NCBI GenBank assembly: GCA_965367815.1
Contig: CBDUKN010000003.1
Coordinates: 68,794-132,793 of the forward strand
Reading direction: 5' to 3'
Source: an uncultured Thermoprotei archaeon
Lineage (GTDB): Archaea; Thermoproteota; Thermoprotei; Thermofilales; B15-G2
DNA length: 64,000 nt
The notes under the pieces: model-generated
Seen by the model: only the letters and a program-made list of their open reading frames with translations
The model's database searches: none
Told to the model about the DNA's origin: nothing
Made by a program: the position numbers and the translations under genes
Shown here: positions 36,591 to 45,413 of the stretch, piece by piece
Layout: each line of letters begins with the position of its first letter
Numbering within the stretch: position 1 is the stretch's first letter

Positions 36591-36701
36591 GAATACTACT
36601 CGTCAGCTATAATCGAATTTCTAAAAGGAAATCTAAAAGTCAAAGAAATTATTGAAGAATCCATCTCTTTAAATCATCATAGAAGTCTTCTCTGCTCTTA
36701 A
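36587..36701 (+). pseudogene. N-terminal stub of a PIN-domain toxin gene (frameshifted and truncated)
   Basis: ATG 36587 gives MRILLVS. A shift follows, then AIIEFLKGNLKVKEIIEESISL...*. This matches a PIN N-terminus (xILLDTSAIIEFLKG) but with Val in place of the first catalytic Asp. The stub ends inside the convergent gene 36649..37122. Confidence 0.35.
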
Positions 36702-37122
36702 AGCCTCGGAAATTAAAGCTATAGACTCTTGGAGTATTTCCTTGAATAAAGCCTACTGTTAAAGTAGAGCCTCCGAAATACTTACGATACTCTACAAACC
36801 TTATATCTTTAAGAGGTATTATTAAGCTACCGGGAGTCTTAATACCCCTATATACGTCTTCTAAGCTAAGTTTCCTGCTCATAACTACTTTTCTACCTAT
36901 ACCGAATGGTGTCCTAGCGCCAAGTGCTGCTACCGTTACTCCTTCGCCTATGCTTAACGCAACGTAATACAGATTTTTGTTTGTCAGAACGAGGTATCCC
37001 GGCTTATATGCGCTCATGAAGCCTCTAACATAGGCTTTAGCTACACGTTGAGCATGACCTGTGGGAAGAGTAGTTTCATAAGCAGCTACATCTCCTTCTT
37101 GTTTAATAATATATTCCTTCAC
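36649..37122 (-). CDS. Hypothetical protein, possible PH/GRAM-like domain
   Basis: 157-aa ORF. GYLVLTNKNLYYVA resembles the beta-strand signature of bacterial PH/GRAM-like domains. This is weak evidence. Confidence 0.4.
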   Translation of the reverse strand: MKEYIIKQEGDVAAYETTLPTGHAQRVAKAYVRGFMSAYKPGYLVLTNKNLYYVALSIGEGVTVAALGARTPFGIGRKVVMSRKLSLEDVYRGIKTPGSLIIPLKDIRFVEYRKYFGGSTLTVGFIQGNTPRVYSFNFRGFKSREDFYDDLKRWILQ

Positions 37123-37240
37123 GATTAAAAACTAGAATAAAGATTATAAAAATTTTATTAACTGTCAGTGCAGAGTTTTCATTGAAGTAGAATTTAGTGT
37201 ATATGAGAAGTATTTTATTTTATTTGCGTGAGAATTAGTC

Positions 37241-39712
37241 ATGGATACCGAAGTCTATGTAGTGCTCTACTCTCATATCGACGTCGGCTGGGGTTACTAT
37301 TGGGGGCCGTCGCTCGAGTATATTGAGCGCCAAAATAATGTTATTGCTTTCAGTGCGCTGAACTTAATTAAAAATGACCTTGACTTTAAGTGGACAATAG
37401 ATAACGTCTATGTTATTAAAAGACTTTTGAGAGATTTTCCTGCTCTACGAGACTTTATCATATCTGCTTTGAAGGAAGGCAGGATAGAAGTTTCTCCACC
37501 AGCTGTCGCTATTTCGCCGCTCTATATTGACGGCGAATCTCTCATAAGAAATGTGTTGCTTGGAAGGGAGTTTTATAAGAACCTTGGCGTGAAAAAACAT
37601 TCACCAGTATTCATTGCTTTTGATGTCACTTGTCATCATCCGCAGTTGCCGCAGATACTTCGTAAGCTAGGCTTCGAATACTATGTTCCAGGAAGACCAG
37701 ACATGAAAGCATATAAGCTGAAAGGAGTACCAATAGAATTTATTTGGGAAGGACTCGATGGAAGCCGTATTTTATGCAATAGGGTTGGTTACGGGTGGGC
37801 TTACGTTGAGCTTAAAGAGCCTTTGGGCATAAAGACTTGGAGTGAAGGAGCAGAGGAGATAGTACAGCACTTAGAGAAAAAGGTAGCCGATATTTATGAG
37901 GGAGTAGAGTCTCCTTACATAATATACATTGGCAGAGACTGGCATGAATTTCACCCAGCTATATGCGAGCTAATAAGGTACTGGAGGAGCAAAGGAAGGA
38001 AGGTAGTCGTAGCTACTCCAAGCGAGTACTTCAAGCACCTACCCAAGAAGAAGCTTAAAGTAGTTAAAGGAGACCTCGACCCTGTCAGCTGGGCAGCTAT
38101 ATATGGTGTTGGGGGAGACATAGTACGCTATAACATAATTAAAGCAGTAGGCGCTTTACTCAACTGCGAGAAAACATGTACTATAGCTTCTCTCTACGGA
38201 AGAAAATATCCTTACAGGAAAATAAAGAAGGCGTGGTACTATATAGCCATCAGCTGGCACCACGATATGTCGCACGGCTATGTTTCTCAAACAGACTGCG
38301 AGAAATGGATCAAAATACTCAAGAATATTCGATTCTGGGCTCTCAGCGAAACAAAGCGCGCTATAAATTACATTGCGTTGAAAATAAACACAGTCTGGGC
38401 CAAAGGAACACCACTAGTAGTCTTCAATACTCTGCCGTGGAGACGAACAGACAAAGCATCGCTGAAAATAACGCTGCCAGAAAACCTTGTTCCAAGAATA
38501 TATGACTATGAAGGAAACTCTGTACCATGCCAAGTAAAAGTCCTCAAAAAACTTGGAGACAAAAAGTTAGTCAAAGTAGAGTTCATAGCAGAAGTCCCTG
38601 GACTAGGCTACCGAGTCTACGACTTAAGACTCGAGAAAGGAGAATACAGCGAGGAGATATCGGGTGAGAAAAGTGTTGAAAACAAGTACTTTAAAGTAGA
38701 GTTCAGTAAAGGATGTATTTCAAGCCTATACGACAAGCAGACTGGAATACAGGTGCTCGAGACAAGCAAGTATCTCGGAAACGATCTCGTTTTGCAGAAA
38801 GTCAAATTCAGGCCTCCAGATGGACTAGCTATAGACGAAGTCCTCTCTGAGACAAAAAGCAGTGACTATATCGCTGAAAAAGAAGTACTAATTAAAGGAG
38901 AACTCTACACAACTTATGTCTCGGATAAAAGCTTTGAGAAAATAAAAGTAAAGCAGAAAATACTTGTACACAACTACAAGCCTGTAGTAGAGTTCTTTAC
39001 TACAATCGAGGACCACCACTACGACCACAGAATAAGAGCAGTATTTCCACTGAATTTCAAAGGCAAAGTCTATAGAAGCATACCTTTCGGCGTAGTAGAA
39101 TTTGAGCCAGAAAAAGAGCCCTACGTGGGCTGGGAAAGAAGCAACGGTAAGCTACCAGGAGTCTTCTGGGCCAGTACTTGGGCAGACTATTCTTCAGAAA
39201 ACTACGGAGTAACGTTGGCCAATAGAGCTAGAATAGGATACCAAATTGAAGAAAACGTTCTATCAACAGTTCTACTAGCCACAAGAGACCCATCTGTACT
39301 AACTAGATTTGCCTATCCACATCTCATAGGAACAGGCAAATACACTTTCAACTACATACTAGTGCCTCATACCGAAGACTGGAAGCATGCTAAACCATAC
39401 CTCACAGTAGAAGAGTGGCTAAACCCGTTAATCGTAGTTGAAGCAACAAGACACGATGGCCTGCTGCCTCCAGAGAAAAGCATAATAGAGGTCTCTGGAA
39501 ATGCAGTGCTATTGAGCGCACTCTACAAGGATCTTCAGGGAATAGTAATGAGGCTCTATGAAGTAGACGGCGAAGAAAAAGAGTACAGCGTAAAGCTAGA
39601 CGGTAAAGGAGTAGAATTACTGGAAACAGATATGCTCGGAAAAATCATAAGTAAAGTGCCTAGGGTCTTGAAACCTTACGAGATAAAAACACTGCTAATT
39701 AGACGTACTTAA
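37241..39712 (+). CDS. Glycoside hydrolase family 38 alpha-mannosidase
   Basis: 823 aa. N-terminal VVLYSHIDVGWGY (GH38 H-x-D metal site), the domain size and the central/C-terminal beta-rich regions are consistent with archaeal GH38 enzymes. Confidence 0.8.
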   Translation: MDTEVYVVLYSHIDVGWGYYWGPSLEYIERQNNVIAFSALNLIKNDLDFKWTIDNVYVIKRLLRDFPALRDFIISALKEGRIEVSPPAVAISPLYIDGESLIRNVLLGREFYKNLGVKKHSPVFIAFDVTCHHPQLPQILRKLGFEYYVPGRPDMKAYKLKGVPIEFIWEGLDGSRILCNRVGYGWAYVELKEPLGIKTWSEGAEEIVQHLEKKVADIYEGVESPYIIYIGRDWHEFHPAICELIRYWRSKGRKVVVATPSEYFKHLPKKKLKVVKGDLDPVSWAAIYGVGGDIVRYNIIKAVGALLNCEKTCTIASLYGRKYPYRKIKKAWYYIAISWHHDMSHGYVSQTDCEKWIKILKNIRFWALSETKRAINYIALKINTVWAKGTPLVVFNTLPWRRTDKASLKITLPENLVPRIYDYEGNSVPCQVKVLKKLGDKKLVKVEFIAEVPGLGYRVYDLRLEKGEYSEEISGEKSVENKYFKVEFSKGCISSLYDKQTGIQVLETSKYLGNDLVLQKVKFRPPDGLAIDEVLSETKSSDYIAEKEVLIKGELYTTYVSDKSFEKIKVKQKILVHNYKPVVEFFTTIEDHHYDHRIRAVFPLNFKGKVYRSIPFGVVEFEPEKEPYVGWERSNGKLPGVFWASTWADYSSENYGVTLANRARIGYQIEENVLSTVLLATRDPSVLTRFAYPHLIGTGKYTFNYILVPHTEDWKHAKPYLTVEEWLNPLIVVEATRHDGLLPPEKSIIEVSGNAVLLSALYKDLQGIVMRLYEVDGEEKEYSVKLDGKGVELLETDMLGKIISKVPRVLKPYEIKTLLIRRT

Positions 39713-39758
39713 TAGCAAATATTTAGCTTTTCTTTAGAAGATTTAGGTGTAAAAAACA

Positions 39759-42620
39759 TTAAACTACTTTAATTGATATTTCAGCTTTCTCTGGAGGCTT
39801 CTCTACTTTAAATACGACTTTTCTTCTCTCTCCTGGCTCTAAGTCTACACGCTTAACTGAGACTTCTTTTCCGTTGACTAGTAGCTTTACTTGAGCGATA
39901 TCAGAGATCTTGCCAATATTTTCTACTACACCTGTTACTGCTAGTTTGTCTCCCTTGTACTCTTTTTCTATTTTAATGCATTCGAATTTCGCTCTATGTT
40001 CTTTAGCTATATTAATTGTCTTTACTAGCCTTATGTCCTCTGAAGAACTGCCGACCATTATTTTGAATTCTCCTGGCTCAACTACTCTCCTCATATCTGG
40101 CCCGAAGTACGCTAAGTCGTCGAGTGTCAACTTGAATACCACGGTTTTCTTTTCGCCGGGCTTCAGTGTTACTCTCTTGAAGCCTTTAAGCTCTTTTACT
40201 GGTCTAGCTACTCTAGACACTACGTCCCGTATATACAGCTGGACTACTTCATCGCCTTCTCTGTCGCCCACGTTTTCTACGTCGACGCTGACTACGATAC
40301 GACCCTTTTCTTCGTCGACTTCTACAGATAAGTTGCTGTACTTGAATTCAGTGTAGCTCAAGCCGTAGCCGAACGGGAAGAGAGGTGTAGCCGGCATGTC
40401 TACGTAGTCGTATGATCTTCCAGTAGGCTTGTAGTTGTAGTATAGCGGTAGCTGGCCTTCGCATCGAGGCCAAGTGAAAGGCAGTCTTCCTCCTGGATTA
40501 TATTCTCCGAAAAGTACTTCAGCTATAGCTGTTCCTCCCTCCTGTCCTGGATACCATGCCTGAACAACAGCTGGCACTTTTTCTAGCCAATCGCCTACAA
40601 CAGCACTACCTGTTATCAATACTACTACTGTAGGTGTTCCTGTCTTCCACACTTCCTCAATCAGTTTCTCCTGTACTCTAGGAAGCCTCAGTATAGCTCT
40701 GTCTCTACCCTCACCTTCATCTATTCCTACGAAAATTATCGCTACGTCGGCTTCCCTAGCTAGCTCAACAGCTTTCTTTACGCCAACTGGCACTTCATCA
40801 GCATAGTCCCAGCAGAGCCTTAAGGAAGCGTAGCCGGCTCCAATTCTCCTGTACTCTAGCCTCAAATCGTATTTGCGGCCTTTCTCTAAATCTACTACTG
40901 CTCTCAGCGGGAAGCTAGTAGGCTTGTCCCATGAGTCTATTAGGAGCTTGCCGTCTAGCCATAGTCTAACTCCGCCTCCGTCTGCCAGCACTATTAACTC
41001 GAATCTACCTGTCTCGGGTGCGACTAGTCTAGCAGTAATTCTAGCTGAAAACCTGTCGAAAGGTATGCGCGAGTCCGGCGGGTTGTGGGCCCAGTCGAAT
41101 CTAATATCTCGGCCTCTAACTATCACTACTGGCTCTCCAGCTAAATCAGGGTTGTCGAAGTACTCTATTTTTACTCCATTTTCATCTGAGTCTGGGAGAA
41201 GCAGGTATTCGCGTGAAATACGGATAAACTCGCTTACATCAGGTATACAGGCTTTCTCGTGGAGCACTTCTATGCCCGCTTTCTCTGCTTTCTCTTTTAT
41301 AGCTTCTAGTGGAGAGATTTTTCTGCAGGGTATACCGCTGTAGCCGCCTAGCCTCAATTCATCTGAGAGAGGCCCTAGTACAGCTATTTTCTTCACTTTG
41401 CTTTTATCTAATGGAAGCACTTTGTTCTCGTTCTTAAGGAGAACTATCGCTTTCCTCGCGGCCTCTAAAGCCAGTTTTCTGTGTTCTTCACAGCAGCATA
41501 TTTTCTCCGCCCTATCTGGATCAGTGAAGGGGTTGTCGAAAAGCCCTATGAGGAACTTTACTCTGAGTACTCTTCTTACAGCTTCGTTTAATACTTCTTC
41601 TGAAATAAGTCCTTCTTTAACTGCTTTCAGTAGAGCTTCTCCATAGACTTCTACTCTAGGTAATTCCACGTCCAAACCGGCCTCTAAAGCCAGCTTAGCT
41701 GTTTCCTCCAGGGAAGATGCTACTTTATGTTTTTCGTAGATGCCTATTACAGAGCGGTAATCTGAGACAACAAAGCCTTCGAAGCCCCACTCGTCTCTAA
41801 GCACTTCAGTTAGCAGCCACTTGTGGCAGGAGCAGGGTGTTCCGTCAAGAGAATTGTAGGCCGCCATTACTGACAGCGCTCCCGCTTTAAAGCATGCTTT
41901 GAAGCCAGGGAAGTATATTTCGCGGATTATGCGCTCAGAGAAGTGTATTTCGTTGCTGTCTCTACCGCCGTCGCCTACGAAGTTGGCGACGTAGTGTTTT
42001 GGAGTAGCTATTACTCCTTCTTCTCTCAGAGCTCTGCAGAAAGCAGCCCCCATAACGGCTGTTAGATATGGGTCTTCGCCGTAGCTTTCCTCGGTTCTCC
42101 CGGCTCTAACGTCTCGTACTATATTGACTACAGGTGATAAGCACTGGTGTATTCCTCTTGCTCTAGTTTCTTTAGCTATAGCTTTAGCCACACGGTACAT
42201 TAAGTCGGGATCCCATGTAGCTGCTAGTGCAATTGCTTGAGGAAAGCTAGTAGAGTACTTAGCCATACAGCCGTGAAGACATTCGTCGTGAATAATAACA
42301 GGTATTCCGAGCCGAGTATTCTCGATAGCCTGTATCTGATAGTCATTAGACTTGATTGCTCCTTCTTTAGGAGGCAGGTTTCTAATAACTAGAGTGAGAT
42401 TGCCCATACCGTGCTCAGGAACAGTGGTTCCAGACTGAAGTTGAGCAACTTTTTCCTCTAGAGTCATTCGAGACAATAAGTCTTCGACTCTCTCTTCGAT
42501 AGGTAGCTCGGGGTTCTCGTAGGGATCCATTACACCATTTTTATTGAAATCAATCCAGTTTTCATGATATATTTCAGGCTTCTTGACATTAGGTGGAAGA
42601 TAGTATTTCCTTGAAGTCAT
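39759..42620 (-). CDS. Glycoside hydrolase family 3 beta-glucosidase/xylosidase with PA14 insertion and an extra C-terminal beta-sandwich domain
   Basis: 953 aa with the GH3 nucleophile motif GFEGFVVSDY. A PA14-like insert is present (IEYFDNPDLAGEPVV...RFELIVLADGGGVRLWLDGKLLIDSW), as is the Fn3-like GYGLSYTEFKYS. About 100 additional C-terminal residues (KLAVTGVVENIGKISD...) follow. Confidence 0.9.
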   Translation of the reverse strand: MTSRKYYLPPNVKKPEIYHENWIDFNKNGVMDPYENPELPIEERVEDLLSRMTLEEKVAQLQSGTTVPEHGMGNLTLVIRNLPPKEGAIKSNDYQIQAIENTRLGIPVIIHDECLHGCMAKYSTSFPQAIALAATWDPDLMYRVAKAIAKETRARGIHQCLSPVVNIVRDVRAGRTEESYGEDPYLTAVMGAAFCRALREEGVIATPKHYVANFVGDGGRDSNEIHFSERIIREIYFPGFKACFKAGALSVMAAYNSLDGTPCSCHKWLLTEVLRDEWGFEGFVVSDYRSVIGIYEKHKVASSLEETAKLALEAGLDVELPRVEVYGEALLKAVKEGLISEEVLNEAVRRVLRVKFLIGLFDNPFTDPDRAEKICCCEEHRKLALEAARKAIVLLKNENKVLPLDKSKVKKIAVLGPLSDELRLGGYSGIPCRKISPLEAIKEKAEKAGIEVLHEKACIPDVSEFIRISREYLLLPDSDENGVKIEYFDNPDLAGEPVVIVRGRDIRFDWAHNPPDSRIPFDRFSARITARLVAPETGRFELIVLADGGGVRLWLDGKLLIDSWDKPTSFPLRAVVDLEKGRKYDLRLEYRRIGAGYASLRLCWDYADEVPVGVKKAVELAREADVAIIFVGIDEGEGRDRAILRLPRVQEKLIEEVWKTGTPTVVVLITGSAVVGDWLEKVPAVVQAWYPGQEGGTAIAEVLFGEYNPGGRLPFTWPRCEGQLPLYYNYKPTGRSYDYVDMPATPLFPFGYGLSYTEFKYSNLSVEVDEEKGRIVVSVDVENVGDREGDEVVQLYIRDVVSRVARPVKELKGFKRVTLKPGEKKTVVFKLTLDDLAYFGPDMRRVVEPGEFKIMVGSSSEDIRLVKTINIAKEHRAKFECIKIEKEYKGDKLAVTGVVENIGKISDIAQVKLLVNGKEVSVKRVDLEPGERRKVVFKVEKPPEKAEISIKVV

Positions 42621-42747
42621 TTGCTCACATTAGTTACGCAAATTTGTCATTTTTAACACTTTCCACGCTGAAACATTTCACTGAAGATACTTTAATTAAT
42701 ACTAGCTGTGCATTAAAGAAGGAAACATATTACTTTATGGTCTACAA

Positions 42748-43575
42748 ATGGGAGTAGTTCTCATAGGAAGAAGCTTTGAAGAAGAAGTAAAAGACTACTT
42801 AAAGCTAGCAGAAATTCTTAAACTAAAATCAATTGAGCTCGACTTTTCTCATCCAGAACTATGCTTCGATGGACTTAAAGCCAGAATATATTTACCAGAG
42901 CTAAGCCACTTGCGCAAAAAGAAGCTAGTGAAAGATTTTGCGCAAAATTTCGAAGCAAAGGGAGCACACTTACCTTTTGCCTCCATGGAGGTATATTCAG
43001 CAGCATCTGATAAGAAACTAGAGGAAGCTTCACGCAAGCTAATAAAATTCGGCATAGAATGTGCTGCTGAAATAACCTAGACTTCGTTACAATACACCTT
43101 GATTCAAAAAATCTAAATGACGAAGAGGAAAAATAGAGAAAACTAAAAAGCTGTTGAGGAATACCTCGATGTAGTAAAACAGTATAACATAGTACTAGCC
43201 TTGGAAAATACTTTCGGCAATTTTACTAAAATACCTGAGCTAGTACATGAGCTGAAAAATCCTCTAGTTAAAATGACATTAGACACAGGACACGCCTACT
43301 TAACACTGAGAAGCGAATTCCATAAGAAAATAGTTCAGTACCTAGAGAACAACAAAGACATAATATGCAACATACATGTACACGACAGCACACTGAAAAG
43401 AGATCATTTAATGATAGGCAGAGGAGAAATAGACTTCAAGCCAATAATCAAAGTTCTAAAGAAAGCAAATAAAAGATATACACTTAATCTCGAAAGCGAG
43501 CCAAGTAGTCCCCAGACAGCACTAGAAGAAACAATAAAAAGCATAACGCTGTTAAAGCAGTTCGAAAACTCGTAA
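42748..43575 (+). pseudogene. Xylose isomerase-like TIM-barrel (sugar phosphate isomerase/epimerase) gene with three or more frameshifts
   Basis: ORF 42748..43080 (...KGAHLPFA...GIECAAEIT*) and ORF 43201..43575 (LENTFGNF...TLDTGHAYL...IHVHDS...) are two parts of one gene. The connecting segment reads DFVTIHLDSKNLNDEEEK / IEKTKK / AVEEYLDVVKQYNIVLALENTF only after frame changes in A5 runs (about 43075-43160). Confidence 0.6.
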
Positions 43576-43656
43576 ATTAACATAGCGAAGCTTAGCAGTT
43601 ATCTACTTTCTAAATAGTAATACATATATTACGCTAATAGTATACAGTATGAGCAT

Positions 43657-43905
43657 ATGAGTGTAGTAGTGAGTTTTAGAATAGATAAGAATTTGAAGCG
43701 CAAAATGGAAGAGTATAGTTACATTAATTGGAGTGAAGTTGTCCGCAGAGCTATAGCTGAAGTGATCGAAAAAGAAGAATCAAAAAGAAGAGGAAAAGAC
43801 TACGAGAGAATTAAGAGAGCAGCTCTGAGAACTAGAAAACTCATTAGAAAAATTGAGGGATGGAGTAGTGTAGAGGAGATTAGAAGATGGAGAGAAAAAT
43901 TGTAG
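43657..43905 (+). CDS. vapB: VapB-type (RHH-like) antitoxin
   Basis: 82 aa. VVSFRIDKNLKRKMEEYSYINWSEVVRRAIAEVI has a strand-helix-helix pattern. It overlaps the following PIN gene by 19 nt. Confidence 0.6.
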   Translation: MSVVVSFRIDKNLKRKMEEYSYINWSEVVRRAIAEVIEKEESKRRGKDYERIKRAALRTRKLIRKIEGWSSVEEIRRWREKL

Positions 43906-44315
43906 TTGTAGACGCAAGTGTTGTTGTTAAATGGTTTGTAGAAGAAAAATACTCGGAGGAAGCAAACTTGCTTAAAGACGCTTATGTCAGTGGCCTATTA
44001 GACCTAGCTGCGCCAGCTCTTCTGCCATACGAGGTTCTTAATGCATTAAAGTACTCAGGGCATTTTGGAGAAGATGAGCTTAAAGAAGTAGCAAGCATTC
44101 TTGAAGACTATCAGATAACACTCTATATTATCGAAGGAGATCTGGGCTCAAAAACTGTAGAGATAGCTATGAGAAAAGGCTTAACTATTTATGATGCAGC
44201 TTATGTAGCGTTAGCAGATAAACTAAAGACAGTACTATATACAGCAGATGAAAAGCTAATAAGAAAAGTAAGTGACGAGAATCTAGTAAAGCACATAGCG
44301 GATCTAGAAATATAG
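43887..44315 (+). CDS. vapC: VapC-type PIN-domain toxin
   Basis: 142 aa with IVVVDASVVVKWFVEE, LPYEVLNAL, IYDAAYVALA and LYTADEKL, the four canonical PIN acidic positions. Confidence 0.75.
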   Translation: MERKIVVVDASVVVKWFVEEKYSEEANLLKDAYVSGLLDLAAPALLPYEVLNALKYSGHFGEDELKEVASILEDYQITLYIIEGDLGSKTVEIAMRKGLTIYDAAYVALADKLKTVLYTADEKLIRKVSDENLVKHIADLEI

Positions 44316-44355
44316 ATAAGGACCAGTAAATAATTCGAGTAAATAAACTACTATC

Positions 44356-45144
44356 TTAAAGTTGCCAGAGTAAATCTCTGGCTCTATCTAGCATTTTGCG
44401 GGCAGCCAGTGCTTTTGCTTTAGCTTCTTTAGGATTCTTAGAGGCTATCGCCTTCTTCGCGTCGCTACACAGTTTTTCTGCTACTTCAAGTCTTCTCTTA
44501 ACAGTTGAAACATTTTTGCCTTCGCTAGCTAGTATTTCTGCTTCTTCTTTGAGAGCAAGCAAGTCTGCTTCAATATTACTTAACTCCCATTCAACATCCT
44601 CTAGTTCCCGCTTAAGCTCCTCTAAACGCTCTAGCTCAATTCTTTTCTGCTCCTCAATTTTCATCCTAATATAGTTCTCAGTATCTCTAATAGTCTCGGC
44701 AAGAAGTCTAGCAAACTCTGTTTGCTCTTCAATAGAACGCTCGTATCCGTGATATGCTCCAAGAGCTCCTCCAGCAGCTGCTCCAGCAATAGTATCTACT
44801 ACGGCTTCAGCGTCTCTATTCAGAAGTCCGCTGATAATTCCTCCGAGAGCTCCTCCAGTAATAGCTCCAACAACACCTTCCTTGATCTCCTTTCTTTCTC
44901 TCTCAACAGTATAGGTTATCTTAATGTTATTTCCTTCAATAAATATTGTTAAGTGTCCTTTCTCACCAGTATGCTCAGTACTCATATCTACTCTGCTTTC
45001 AGAGCGCGATAAACCAGTTATCTGTGTACCTCTGAGAGCTAGCTCCGAAACAAGTCTTTCAGAGAACTCGGCGAAGTAAGGCGCTAATCCTTCAACAGTA
45101 TATATGAAGGGCATTCTAGCACCTTCACTACTACTTAGAAACAA
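44356..45144 (-). CDS. Hypothetical protein with a glycine-zipper segment and a long C-terminal coiled coil
   Basis: 262-aa ORF; the likely start is the internal MPFIYTVEG at 45114. It has a Gly/Ala zipper (GVVGAITGGALGGIISGLL...IAGAAAGGALGAYHGY) followed by heptad-like E/K/L-rich sequence. Confidence 0.45.
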   Translation of the reverse strand: MFLSSSEGARMPFIYTVEGLAPYFAEFSERLVSELALRGTQITGLSRSESRVDMSTEHTGEKGHLTIFIEGNNIKITYTVERERKEIKEGVVGAITGGALGGIISGLLNRDAEAVVDTIAGAAAGGALGAYHGYERSIEEQTEFARLLAETIRDTENYIRMKIEEQKRIELERLEELKRELEDVEWELSNIEADLLALKEEAEILASEGKNVSTVKRRLEVAEKLCSDAKKAIASKNPKEAKAKALAARKMLDRARDLLWQL

Positions 45145-45413
45145 TCACTATTTATTTTTTATTTATTTTTTATCTATGATAAGTATATGTTGTCTAATAT
45201 ATTCTCTAGTACTCTAACATAGTATTTTCTAGTTAATGGGAATAAAGAATTTGTTTAAGTAAATACATTTAAAGCAATAGAAAGTAGTTACAAGAAGTAG
45301 CTAGTATAGCAAATCTTAAACTTAAATTCTAAATAAATGCACTTAATTCTAAGAAAATACCAGTAAACGATACATACATTCACTTTATTTAAAGCAAACT
45401 CAAAGAATACTTC

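Noticed and set aside
39910-41646. Plus-strand ORFs 39910..40356, 40873..41343 and 41398..41646.
   Set aside because: All are antisense to the 953-aa GH3 gene and are Ser/Thr/Leu-rich shadow ORFs. The same reasoning applies to the other short antisense ORFs in the track. These include 3347..3529, 4240..4437, 4671..4892, 5265..5597, 5748..5942 and 6003..6302. They also include 9045..9410, 13653..14009, 20677..21342, the carB-internal minus ORFs, and those inside 44396..44952, 45462..45707, 48199..50487, 53537..54532, 55184..57757, 60379..60744 and 62006..63611.
1179-43575. Attributing all frameshifts to sequencing error and silently merging the ORFs.
   Set aside because: Lesions cluster heavily in a few genes (up to five in one 0.9-kb gene), while multi-kb ORFs are intact. 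I report them as pseudogenes but flag the homopolymer association.
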